From assembly GCA_024641745.1 (NCBI GenBank), contig JAHECL010000001.1, positions 29,846 through 93,845 on the forward strand: DNA of 64,000 nucleotides, read 5' to 3'. This DNA comes from Gemmatimonadota bacterium. Its GTDB lineage: Bacteria; Gemmatimonadota; Gemmatimonadetes; Gemmatimonadales; GWC2-71-9. Made by a program: the position numbers and the translations under genes. Positions 34,496 to 43,105 of the stretch are shown here, piece by piece; within the stretch, counting starts at the first letter, position 1; each line of letters starts with the position of its first letter. A model generated the notes under the pieces. That model worked only from the letters and a program-made list of their open reading frames with translations, made no database searches and was not told the DNA's origin.

Positions 34496-35607
34496 GGCGG
34501 CTCCTCCCGGGATTCGGCTTCCTGACGTGCTGCCTCGTGGTGCTGCTCGGCGCCCTGGCGCCGGCCATCGCCTGGCGGCTCCTGCCGCATCGTCCGCTGG
34601 GTGTGGTCATCGTCGACAAGACGGTTCCCGACACCTCCTACCGCGGGCATCGTGCCGTCATCTGGGTGCTCAACCACATGAAGCTCGTCCATCCCGGCTC
34701 CCTGGCGCCGTACGATGCCGCGATCGACTACGCCGGTTTCGTCCCGCTGACCAGCCGTGCCTGGTCGGTGCGACAATTCCCGGAGCTGCTGGGTGCCAAT
34801 CGGCTGGTCTACGTGGCGGATACCTACGGGGTCACGGCAGGGGACCTGGGCGCTGGCACGGAGGCCGGCGGCGGGCGTCTCCTCTTCGGCGGGCTCTCCG
34901 AGGAAGATCTGGAGACGCTGGAACGGGCGGCACGCGGAGGGGTCACGCTGATCGCCGAGTTCAATCTGGCAGCGGAGCCTACCGCCGATTCGGTACGACG
35001 GCGCTCGGAGGCGCTCTTCGGCTTCCACTGGTCGGGGTGGACGGGGCGGCGCTCCACCGACCTTTCGGTTGACGTTCCCGGGTGGGCGATCGCCGCCTGG
35101 GAGGCGCAGGCGGGCACGGCGTGGTCATATGCCGGCCCCGGCTTCCTGCTGGTCCACCAGGATGGCCGTATCGTGGTCCTTGCCGCACGGGATCTCGAGG
35201 GTGCGGGGCTGCACTTCCTTCCGACTTCGGCGGGCGATTCGCTCGGGATGCGTCCGGCCTCCGCCCCGCAGGGGTGGTTCGACCTGGTGGAGCCGGTGGA
35301 TGCCGCGGTGCTGGGGCTGTATCGCTGGAGCGTGACCCCGCAGGGCGATTCCACGCTCGCGGACGCCGGCATTCCCCGGACGGCCGCCGCCGTGCTCGGG
35401 CGCAGGGCAGGCTCCTCCCGTGTGTTCTACCTGGCCGGCGACTTCGCGAACGCACCCCGCATTCCCCCGTGGACCGAGCTGCGCTGGGGAGCGGCCGTTC
35501 ACCGGCTGGTCCCTGAATGGTGGCTGCCGCCCAACGACGCCTTCTTCTGGCGCGCCTACGTCCCGCTGTTGACCCACATCCTCGACTGGGCGTCCGGCAC
35601 GACGTAG
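34492..35607 (+). CDS. Hypothetical membrane-anchored protein, translationally coupled to the HDAC-family gene
   Basis: 371 aa. The TTG start overlaps the HDAC stop (TTGA at 34492-34495). N-terminal TM helix (FGFLTCCLVVLLGALAPAIAW). The central LFGGLSEEDLETLERAARGGVTLIAEFN is faintly GldG/ThuA (class I GATase-like) in style. Confidence 0.55.
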   Translation: MRRLLPGFGFLTCCLVVLLGALAPAIAWRLLPHRPLGVVIVDKTVPDTSYRGHRAVIWVLNHMKLVHPGSLAPYDAAIDYAGFVPLTSRAWSVRQFPELLGANRLVYVADTYGVTAGDLGAGTEAGGGRLLFGGLSEEDLETLERAARGGVTLIAEFNLAAEPTADSVRRRSEALFGFHWSGWTGRRSTDLSVDVPGWAIAAWEAQAGTAWSYAGPGFLLVHQDGRIVVLAARDLEGAGLHFLPTSAGDSLGMRPASAPQGWFDLVEPVDAAVLGLYRWSVTPQGDSTLADAGIPRTAAAVLGRRAGSSRVFYLAGDFANAPRIPPWTELRWGAAVHRLVPEWWLPPNDAFFWRAYVPLLTHILDWASGTT

Positions 35608-35661
35608 GACTCGAGGTACCCCCAGGAAGCTGCCGGCGCCTTGCGCGATGGCGATCGGCTG

Positions 35662-35684
35662 GTGCATATTTACCCATTATGCAC
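35662..35684 (+). promoter_or_regulatory. Candidate ArgR operator (ARG-box-like palindrome) overlapping the argG start codon
   Basis: GTGCATA-N9-TATGCAC, with perfect 7-bp inverted arms at 35662-35668 and 35678-35684. It is the only AT-rich patch in the intergenic region, and its right arm contains the argG ATG (35679). Confidence 0.45.
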
Positions 35685-36875
35685 AATTCACCCGGCATTG
35701 TCGCCCTGGCCTTCTCGGGCGGACTCGACACCTCGTACTGCGTCCCCCGGCTCGCCGAGCAGGGGTGGACAGTGCACACCGTCTACGTCAACACCGGCGG
35801 GGCTACCGCGGAGGAGCGGACCGGCATCCGGCGGCAGGCGGAGGCGGTCGGCAGCGCCGGCCACCACGAGATCGACGCGCGGGCGCTGGTCTTCGACCGG
35901 TTCGTCCGCTTCCTCATCCAGGGCAACGTACTCCGGGGTGGCGTCTATCCACTCAGCGTGGCCGCCGAGCGGACCCAGCAGGCCATCTCGGTGATCGAGG
36001 TGGCCCGCGGCATCGGCGCCTCCGCCGTCGCCCACGGCTCGACCGGGGCGGGCAACGATCAGGTGCGATTCGACGTCACCCTCCGGGTGCTCGCCAGCGA
36101 CCTCGCCATCATCACCCCGATCCGCGACGAAGGGCTCTCCCGGAGCCAGGCCATCAGCTACCTGGAGGACCGGGGTTTGCCCGTCCCGTCGAAGGCGGGC
36201 GCCTACTCGATCAACGCGGGACTCTGGGGCACGACCTGGGGCGGTGGCTGGACCCACGACACCTGGGCCGGTCCGCCGCCGGAGCTGCTCGATCCTCCCG
36301 CCGACGTCCCACCGGTCCGCGAGGTGATCATTGGCTGGGAGCACGGCCTGCCCGTCGCGCTCGACGGCGCTCCCCTCGACGGGGTGGATCTGGTGCAGGC
36401 CCTCAATGAACTCGCCGTGGCCTACGGATTCGGACGCGGCATTCATGTCGGGGAAACCGCGCTCGGCATCAAGGGGCGGATCGGCTTCGAGGCCGGTGCC
36501 GCTGTGCTGCTGGTTGCGGCGCACCGCGAACTGGAAAAGCTCGTCCTGACGAAGTGGCAGGCCTTCTGGAAGGATCAGCTGGCCACCTTCTACGGCGATC
36601 GGCTCCACGAGGGGCAGTACTTCGACCCCGCCCTCCGAGACATCGAGGCCCTGCTGACCAGCTCGCAGGCACGGGTCGTCGGCGAGGTCCGGGTGCGGTT
36701 GGCTCCCGGTCGGTTCCAGGTGGTCGGGACCCGCAGTCCCCATTCCATGATGGATGCACGGGTGGCCACGTACGGGGAGGAAAACCGCCTCTGGACCGGC
36801 GACGAGGCACGGGCCTTCGCGCGGGTGGCCGCAATTCCCGCGATGCTGGCGTCGCGCGCCGGGGCGCCGGACTGA
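35679..36875 (+). CDS. argG: Argininosuccinate synthase
   Basis: Trimmed to the ATG at 35679 (MHNSPGIVALAFSGGLDTS, the ATP-PPase motif). Also AHGSTGAGNDQVRF and GRIGFE. Confidence 0.92.
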   Translation: MHNSPGIVALAFSGGLDTSYCVPRLAEQGWTVHTVYVNTGGATAEERTGIRRQAEAVGSAGHHEIDARALVFDRFVRFLIQGNVLRGGVYPLSVAAERTQQAISVIEVARGIGASAVAHGSTGAGNDQVRFDVTLRVLASDLAIITPIRDEGLSRSQAISYLEDRGLPVPSKAGAYSINAGLWGTTWGGGWTHDTWAGPPPELLDPPADVPPVREVIIGWEHGLPVALDGAPLDGVDLVQALNELAVAYGFGRGIHVGETALGIKGRIGFEAGAAVLLVAAHRELEKLVLTKWQAFWKDQLATFYGDRLHEGQYFDPALRDIEALLTSSQARVVGEVRVRLAPGRFQVVGTRSPHSMMDARVATYGEENRLWTGDEARAFARVAAIPAMLASRAGAPD

Positions 36876-37936
36876 TGGTCACCACCACCCGCATCCGGCT
36901 GGACCGGATCAGTTCCTCCACCCGGAACGCCCACCTCGCCTCCGAAGTGATCGTCGGCCGGGACATCGTCGCCGCGGAGGGCTATGTCCTCGCGGTGCGT
37001 CTGCTGACCGACAAGTCGTCGTACAACACTGTCGAGGACCTCGCCGGGCGGCTGGTGTCCCTGCGGAAGGGCGATGTCCTCGCGGGCACCCTTGGCAGCC
37101 GGCGTGCGCTCCGCGGGTACGCCGGGGAGGTGCCGGCCCACATCGCCGTGGGCGACACCATCGACGTGCTGAACCTCGGGGGCGTGCTCGGACGGTGTAC
37201 CTCGGCCAACCCGGACATCGGTCCGCCGTTCGCCGCCGAAGTGCTCGGCGCCATCCTGGCCTTCCCGGCCCTCGGAGACCGGGTCGGCCGGCCGGCGCAC
37301 ATCCGGGACGGAGCCGTGCCCATCAGCGAGACGCTCGCCCTCGACGCCCTGGTCATCTACATCGCCGGCACCTGCATGAACGCCGGGAAGACCGTCGCGG
37401 CAACGGAGCTGGTGCGCGGGCTCACGCGCAGCGGGCGCCGGGTGGCGGCGGCCAAGTTGACCGGCGTCTCGCTCATGCGGGATACCCTCGCGATGCAGGA
37501 CGCCGGGGCGATCGCCGCCATGACGTTCAATGATGCCGGGGCCGCCAGCACGCATGCCGGCATGACCGTCGCCGTCGCCAAGGGCCTCTTCAACCGGCTG
37601 CAGGAGACGGCGCGACCCGACGTGATCGTGGCAGAACTCGGCGACGGCATTCTCGGCGAATACGGCGTGCAGGACATCCTCCGCGATCCGCAGCTCTCCG
37701 CGGCGGGGCACGCGTGGGTCATGGCCGCGCCCGACCCGGTCGGTTGCTGGGGCGCCGACCAGCTGATGCGCGGCACGTACGGACTCCCGATCACGGTGCT
37801 CACCGGGCCCGCCACTGACAACCAGGTCGGCCGTGACTATATCAGCGCATCGCTCGGCATTCCCGCGCACAACGCCCTGCGCGACGCCGAGGGCCTGCTC
37901 GCCACCGTCGTTGCCGCGCTCGAGGCGGGCCGGTGA
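36875..37936 (+). CDS. Uncharacterised two-domain P-loop protein (BioD/CobQ/DUF1611-like Walker A) inside the arg operon
   Basis: The ATG at 36875 overlaps the argG stop (TGATG). 353 aa. An N-terminal ~165 aa domain, then IYIAGTCMNAGKTVAATELVRGL (Walker A) and DVIVAELGDG (Walker-B-like). The following argC start overlaps its stop. Confidence 0.6.
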   Translation: MVTTTRIRLDRISSSTRNAHLASEVIVGRDIVAAEGYVLAVRLLTDKSSYNTVEDLAGRLVSLRKGDVLAGTLGSRRALRGYAGEVPAHIAVGDTIDVLNLGGVLGRCTSANPDIGPPFAAEVLGAILAFPALGDRVGRPAHIRDGAVPISETLALDALVIYIAGTCMNAGKTVAATELVRGLTRSGRRVAAAKLTGVSLMRDTLAMQDAGAIAAMTFNDAGAASTHAGMTVAVAKGLFNRLQETARPDVIVAELGDGILGEYGVQDILRDPQLSAAGHAWVMAAPDPVGCWGADQLMRGTYGLPITVLTGPATDNQVGRDYISASLGIPAHNALRDAEGLLATVVAALEAGR

Positions 37937-38961
37937 GGATCGCCGTCATCGGTGCCGCCGGCTACGTCGGCGGGGAACTGCTCCGCCTGGCCCTGCAGCA
38001 CCCGGACATCACCGAGGTGGTGGCGACCAGCCGGAGCCAGGCGGGGCGTCCCATCGCCGAGGTGCACCCCGCGCTCGGTGCACTCACGGACGCGCGCTTC
38101 GCCGGGCTGACCCCCGCCGAGGCCTCGCGCGGGCAGGACGTCGTCTTCCTTGCGCTCGAGCATGGCGAGTCGTCGCGGGTGGCGGGCGAGGTCTTCGACG
38201 CCGCACCCGGCCTCGTCGTGGATCTCGCCGCCGACTTCCGCGTGCGCGACCTGCGGCTCCACGAATCGTACTACGGGGTGCATGCCGCGCCGGAGTTCGT
38301 CTCGCGGTTCACCTACGCCCTCGCCGATGTGCTCGGCACGGAGCTGCGCGGTGCGGAGGCGCTCGCCGCGCCCGGATGCTTTGCCACCGCCGCCCAGCTG
38401 GCGCTCTACCCGCTCCGGAATGCGGGGGTGGCCGACATCCCCGCGCTCTTCGGAGTAACCGGTTCGAGCGGTGCGGGCGTCCATCCCAGGCCGACGACCC
38501 ACCATCCGGCCCGGGCAAACAACCTCTTCGCCTACGGTGTCCTCCATCACCGCCACGACGCGGAGGTCCTCCAGGCCTGGCGTGGCTGGACGGCGTCTCC
38601 CTCCGCCACGGCACGACTGATGACGCACTCCGGTCCCTTCGTGCGGGGAATTCACCTGACGATGCATGCCACCGTCGCCCCCGAATTCGCCGCGGACGCC
38701 GGTGCCCGGTATGCCGGCGCCTATGCCGGCCGTCCGTTCGTGCGTGTGACGGAGCAGCCGCCGGAGTTGACCCACGCCGTGGGGACCAACGTGGCGCTGG
38801 TCCACGCCGCCGGAAACGGGGTGACCGGAGAGGTGCAGGTGATGGTGGCGCTCGACAACCTGATCAAGGGCGCCGGCGGGCAGGCGCTGCAGGCGATGAA
38901 CCTCGCCCTCGGCCTCGATGAGGCGGCGGGCCTTCGCCTGGCGGCACCCTTCCCATGTTGA
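37933..38961 (+). CDS. argC: N-acetyl-gamma-glutamyl-phosphate reductase
   Basis: MRIAVIGAAGYVGGELLRL Rossmann start and the active-site APGCFATAAQLALYPL. Confidence 0.9.
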   Translation: MRIAVIGAAGYVGGELLRLALQHPDITEVVATSRSQAGRPIAEVHPALGALTDARFAGLTPAEASRGQDVVFLALEHGESSRVAGEVFDAAPGLVVDLAADFRVRDLRLHESYYGVHAAPEFVSRFTYALADVLGTELRGAEALAAPGCFATAAQLALYPLRNAGVADIPALFGVTGSSGAGVHPRPTTHHPARANNLFAYGVLHHRHDAEVLQAWRGWTASPSATARLMTHSGPFVRGIHLTMHATVAPEFAADAGARYAGAYAGRPFVRVTEQPPELTHAVGTNVALVHAAGNGVTGEVQVMVALDNLIKGAGGQALQAMNLALGLDEAAGLRLAAPFPC

Positions 38962-40106
38962 GCGAGCCCCAGGACGCCCTGCTGCCGGTCTACGCCCAGA
39001 TGCCGATCCGCCCGGTCTCGGGGCGAGGGGCGTGGCTGGTGGACGAGGACGGCGCCGAGTGGCTCGACGCCTACGGCGGGCACGCGGTGGCGGCGACAGG
39101 TCACAGCCATCCGCGTGTCGTCGAGGCGGTCGCCGCGCAGGCTCGCCAGCTCATGTTCTACTCCACCGCGGTGCCGCACCCCCTGCGGTCGCGGCTGGCC
39201 CGGGAACTGGTGGCGCGGTGCCCCGACCCGCTCGGCCGGGTCTTCTTCTGCAACTCGGGCGCCGAGGCCAACGAGAACGCGCTGCACCTCGCGCGCAAGG
39301 CGACGGGGCGCACCGGGGTGGCTTCCGTGACCGGCGGCTGGCATGGCCGCACCGTCGCCACGCTCGCCTGCTGCGACGGCCCGAGCTACGAGGCCGGGGC
39401 GCTCCGCGCCGGGATGGCGCTCTCCAGCCGCGTCGCCTTCAACGACATCGGCTCCCTGGACGCCACGCTCGACGACCGCATCGCCGCGCTGCTCGTCGAG
39501 CCGGTGCAGGGGATGGCCGGCGCACGCGACTGCTCGATGGAGTTTCTCACCGCGGCCCGCCGGATCTGTGCAGAGCGGGGCATCGCCCTCGTGTTCGATG
39601 AGGTGCAGTGTGGCGTCGGACGCAGCGGCGCCTTCACCGCGGCGGAGCGCTACGGGGTCGTGCCGGATGCGCTCACCCTCGCCAAGGGACTCGGGTCGGG
39701 GTATCCCATCGGGGCGGTCGTCGCCGGGCCGATGCTGGCTGACGGCGTCGGTGTCGGGGACCTGGGAAGCACCTTCGGCGGAGGGCCGGTCGCCTGTGCG
39801 GCCGCGCTGGCCACCCTGGAGGTCATCACCGACGAGGATCTCGTCGCGAACGCGATCCGCGTGGGGGCGCACCTCGCCGTCGGTGCGCGCGCGCTGGGTG
39901 CCAGGAAAGTCTGGGGGCACGGTCTCCTGCTGGGGCTCGATTTTTCCCGCCCCGCCAGGGAGCTGCAGCGGGCGCTCTTCACGCACCGGATCCTTACCGG
40001 CACCGCATCGGATCCGGAGATCCTCCGGCTGATGCCGCCGCTCACCCTTTCGATCCAGGAGGCCGACGTGCTGCTTGCCGGTCTGCGCGAGGTGCTCGCG
40101 GCATGA
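38955..40106 (+). CDS. argD: Acetylornithine (N-acyl-ornithine) aminotransferase, class III PLP
   Basis: GGHAVAATGHSHPRV, FFCNSGAEANE, DEVQCGVGRSG and TLAKGLGSGYPIG (PLP lysine). Confidence 0.9.
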   Translation: MLSEPQDALLPVYAQMPIRPVSGRGAWLVDEDGAEWLDAYGGHAVAATGHSHPRVVEAVAAQARQLMFYSTAVPHPLRSRLARELVARCPDPLGRVFFCNSGAEANENALHLARKATGRTGVASVTGGWHGRTVATLACCDGPSYEAGALRAGMALSSRVAFNDIGSLDATLDDRIAALLVEPVQGMAGARDCSMEFLTAARRICAERGIALVFDEVQCGVGRSGAFTAAERYGVVPDALTLAKGLGSGYPIGAVVAGPMLADGVGVGDLGSTFGGGPVACAAALATLEVITDEDLVANAIRVGAHLAVGARALGARKVWGHGLLLGLDFSRPARELQRALFTHRILTGTASDPEILRLMPPLTLSIQEADVLLAGLREVLAA

Positions 40107-41119
40107 AGCGGGACTTCCTCGCCGTGGAAGACTGGTCCCGCGCCGACGTCGAGTCGCTGCTGTCGCTGGCCGCGCGGGTGAAGCGTGGAGAGATTGACGG
40201 CGGCCTGGAGCGCAAGGTGCTCGCGATGGTCTTCCTCGATCCCAGTCTCCGCACCCGGACGAGCTTTGAGACCGGAATGTTCCTGCACGGCGGGCACGCG
40301 GTGGTGCTGGAGCCGGGGAAGGGAAGCTGGGCGCTCGAGACGGAGGACGGGGTGGTGATGGACCGGGACACCGTCGAGCACGTGACGGAGGCGGCCCGGG
40401 TACTCGGCCGGTACGCCGATGCGCTGGCGGTGCGCGCCTTCCCTCGCGGAAGCGACTGGGCCACGGCCCGACAGGACGCGATCCTGGCGCAGTTCGCGCG
40501 GCACTGCGAGAAGCCGGTCATCAACCTCGAGTCGTCGCGCCGGCATCCCTGCCAGGAACTGGCGGACGCCTTCACCTTGCGCGAGCAGCTCGGCGAGACC
40601 CGCGGGAAACGGTTTGTCCTCACCTGGGCCTGGCATCCGAAGGCGCTGCCCAGCGCCGTGCCGGTGAGTGCCGCCCTCGCCGCGGCGCGGATGGGGATGG
40701 ATGTCACGATCGCCGCGCCGCCGGGCTGCGACCTCGATCCGGAGGATGTGGGCTGCATCGAGGCGCTCGCCAGCGAGGCCGGCGGGGGCAGCGTGACCGT
40801 CGACCACGACCAGGCGGCGGCCATCGAGGGCGCCGATGCCGTGTACGCCAAGTCGTGGGGGCCGGTCTCGCTCTACGGCCAGCCGGAGGCGCAGCGCGCG
40901 TGGTTCGACCAGCATCGCACCTGGCGGCTGACTGACGGACTCATGCGCTCGACCCGCGGCGGGCGCGGCATCGCGATGCACTGCCTGCCGGTGCGGCGCA
41001 ACGTGGAAATCGACGATGCGGTGCTCGACGGCCCGCAGTCGGTGGTGGTGGACGAGGCGGAGAACCGGCTGCATGTGCAGCGGGCGCTCCTCCTCACGAT
41101 GATCGGGAGCAGACGGTGA
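40103..41119 (+). CDS. argF': N-acyl-L-ornithine (acetyl- or succinyl-ornithine) carbamoyltransferase-type transcarbamylase
   Basis: Carbamoyl-phosphate motifs SLRTRTSFE, HPCQELAD and HCLPVRR are present. The OTCase ornithine loop DxxxSMG is replaced by AVYAKSWGPV, as in the AOTCase/SOTCase branch. Confidence 0.8.
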   Translation: MKRDFLAVEDWSRADVESLLSLAARVKRGEIDGGLERKVLAMVFLDPSLRTRTSFETGMFLHGGHAVVLEPGKGSWALETEDGVVMDRDTVEHVTEAARVLGRYADALAVRAFPRGSDWATARQDAILAQFARHCEKPVINLESSRRHPCQELADAFTLREQLGETRGKRFVLTWAWHPKALPSAVPVSAALAAARMGMDVTIAAPPGCDLDPEDVGCIEALASEAGGGSVTVDHDQAAAIEGADAVYAKSWGPVSLYGQPEAQRAWFDQHRTWRLTDGLMRSTRGGRGIAMHCLPVRRNVEIDDAVLDGPQSVVVDEAENRLHVQRALLLTMIGSRR

Positions 41120-42051
41120 GCATCGATACCTCGAAGGGCATCGCTGGACTGAAGGGGGCGCTCCGCTACGTCCGCGCCTATCGCGACCAGGTATTCGTGG
41201 TCAAGCTGGGTGGCGAGGTGCTGGCGGATCCGCGGGCGGTGGACGGGATCGCCGCGCAGGTGTCGCTGCTGTCGAGCCTCGGCATCCGCCTGGTCGTGGT
41301 CCACGGCGGGGGCCCGCAGGCCAGCGCCCTCAGCCGCCGGATGGGGCATGAGCCCCGGATCGTCGCCGGGCGACGCGTCACCGATGATGACGCCCTCGCC
41401 GTGGCGAAGATGGTCTATGCGGGACAGCTGAACGTTGACCTGCTCGCCTCCTTGCGCGCCCACGAAGCCCAGGCCGTCGGGTTGAGCGGGGTGGATGCCG
41501 ACCTGATCACGGCGCACCGCCGTCCGCCGGTGGCGGTGGTGGACGATGCGGGCAAGACCGAGACGGTGGACTACGGACATGTCGGGGACCTGGACCGCGT
41601 CGACCCACGGGTGCTCGTCACCCTCCTCGAGGCCCGCTTCGTCCCGGTCGTGGCCAGCCTCGCCGGCGATCGTGAGGGCCACGTGTACAACGTCAATGCG
41701 GATACGGTGGCGGAATCGCTGGCCGTGGCGCTCCGGGCCCAGAAGCTCATCTTCCTCACCGGGGCGCCGGGGGTGCTGCGTGACCGGGAGGATCCGTCGA
41801 GCCTGGTCGCCTTTGCGGACCCCGACGACCTGGCCAGCCTCCTCGCCAGCGGCGCGGTGGCCGGAGGCATGCGTCCCAAGGTGGAGGCGTGCATCCGCGC
41901 GGCGACCGGCGGCGTCGAGCGCACCCACATCATCGACGGGCGGGTGCCCGATGCACTGCTGCTCGAGGTGTTCACCGGCGCCGGCTGTGGCACCATGATC
42001 GTCGGCCGAAAGGAGAAGGCGACCTATCTCGGCGTCGACCTGGCCGACTGA
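41116..42051 (+). CDS. argB: Acetylglutamate kinase
   Basis: VFVVKLGGEVL, LVVVHGGGPQ and NVNADTVA are AAK-family ArgB motifs. Confidence 0.9.
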   Translation: MSIDTSKGIAGLKGALRYVRAYRDQVFVVKLGGEVLADPRAVDGIAAQVSLLSSLGIRLVVVHGGGPQASALSRRMGHEPRIVAGRRVTDDDALAVAKMVYAGQLNVDLLASLRAHEAQAVGLSGVDADLITAHRRPPVAVVDDAGKTETVDYGHVGDLDRVDPRVLVTLLEARFVPVVASLAGDREGHVYNVNADTVAESLAVALRAQKLIFLTGAPGVLRDREDPSSLVAFADPDDLASLLASGAVAGGMRPKVEACIRAATGGVERTHIIDGRVPDALLLEVFTGAGCGTMIVGRKEKATYLGVDLAD

Positions 42052-42073
42052 AGTCGGGCTCCTCCGGGAGCTC

Positions 42074-43105
42074 GTGGCCATCCCGTCCGTCAGTGGCGAA
42101 GAGGAGGCGGTGGCCCGGTTCGTGGAGACACGCGCCCGCGACTGGGGCCTCGCGGCCGTCCGTGATGCCGCCGGCGTATCCGTGCGCGTCCCCGGCCGGT
42201 CCCCGGGCCGGACGCTGGCGCTGGTCTCGCACCTCGACGTGGTCCCGCCGGGGGCGGGGTGGACGCGGGATCCCTTCACGCCGGTCATCGAGGACGGGCG
42301 GCTCTACGGGCGCGGTTCCGGCGACGCCAAGGCTTCGGTGGCCGCCATGCTGACGGCGGCGTACCGGGTGGCGGAGGCGGGTGGTCCGGAGGTCGGAGAC
42401 CTGCTGGTCCTGCTCGGACTGGGCGAGGAGACGCGGCACACCTCGATGCCCGGCCTCGTGGCGCGTGCCGGCCCCGTCGATGCCGCCATCGTCGGTGAGC
42501 CGACCGACCTCGACTTCGCCGTCGCCCAGCGCGGCCTCATGATGGTGGACCTGGTCGCCCAGGGCGACCAGCGGCATGCCGGTCGGGTCCACGAGGACGG
42601 TCCCTTCACCAATGCCCTCACGGCCCTCGCGCGCGACCTCGTTCGCCTCGAGGGACTGTTCCTCGACCGGCCCCATCCGATCCTGGGGCATCCCACCGTC
42701 ACCGCCACGATGCTGACGGCCGGGGTCAGCCGCAACGTGACGCCACCCTCGGCCAGGGCGGTCCTCGACGTGCGGAGCACGCCCAGCTGGACGCATGAGG
42801 AACTGGCCGAGGGACTTCGCACCGCGCTGGAGTGTGAGGTGGTCGTGACCTCGGACCGGCTGGTGCCGTGCGAAACTCCGCCGGCGTCTGACCTGCTCGC
42901 TGCCTGCGCCGCACTCCGTCCCGAGTCGGTCGCGTACGGGAGTCCGACCTGTTCGGACTGGGTCTTCCTCCGGCACCTGGATGCGGTCAAGTGCGGACCC
43001 GGCAGCAGCCGCCGCTCGCACACCGCCGATGAATGCGTAGATTTGGGTCAGGTGTCCGCCGCGCAGCGGTTGTATGCCGACCTCGCACGGGAGTACCTGA
43101 CATGA
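42074..43105 (+). CDS. argE: M20-family deacylase (acetylornithine / acetylcitrulline deacetylase-like)
   Basis: GTG start with GGGAG upstream. IPSVSGEE, SHLDVVPPG, GRGSGDAKAS and GLGEETRH. Confidence 0.75.
   Translation: MAIPSVSGEEEAVARFVETRARDWGLAAVRDAAGVSVRVPGRSPGRTLALVSHLDVVPPGAGWTRDPFTPVIEDGRLYGRGSGDAKASVAAMLTAAYRVAEAGGPEVGDLLVLLGLGEETRHTSMPGLVARAGPVDAAIVGEPTDLDFAVAQRGLMMVDLVAQGDQRHAGRVHEDGPFTNALTALARDLVRLEGLFLDRPHPILGHPTVTATMLTAGVSRNVTPPSARAVLDVRSTPSWTHEELAEGLRTALECEVVVTSDRLVPCETPPASDLLAACAALRPESVAYGSPTCSDWVFLRHLDAVKCGPGSSRRSHTADECVDLGQVSAAQRLYADLAREYLT

Noticed and set aside
42050-42073. Possible truncated or frameshifted 5' end of the argE-like gene, because the in-frame upstream codons read EVGLLREL, resembling the usual M20 N-terminus
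   Set aside because: No alternative start codon exists upstream in frame. The GTG at 42074 has a GGGAG RBS at proper spacing and lies 22 nt after the argB stop. The resemblance covers only eight residues, so I kept a normal CDS rather than calling a pseudogene.
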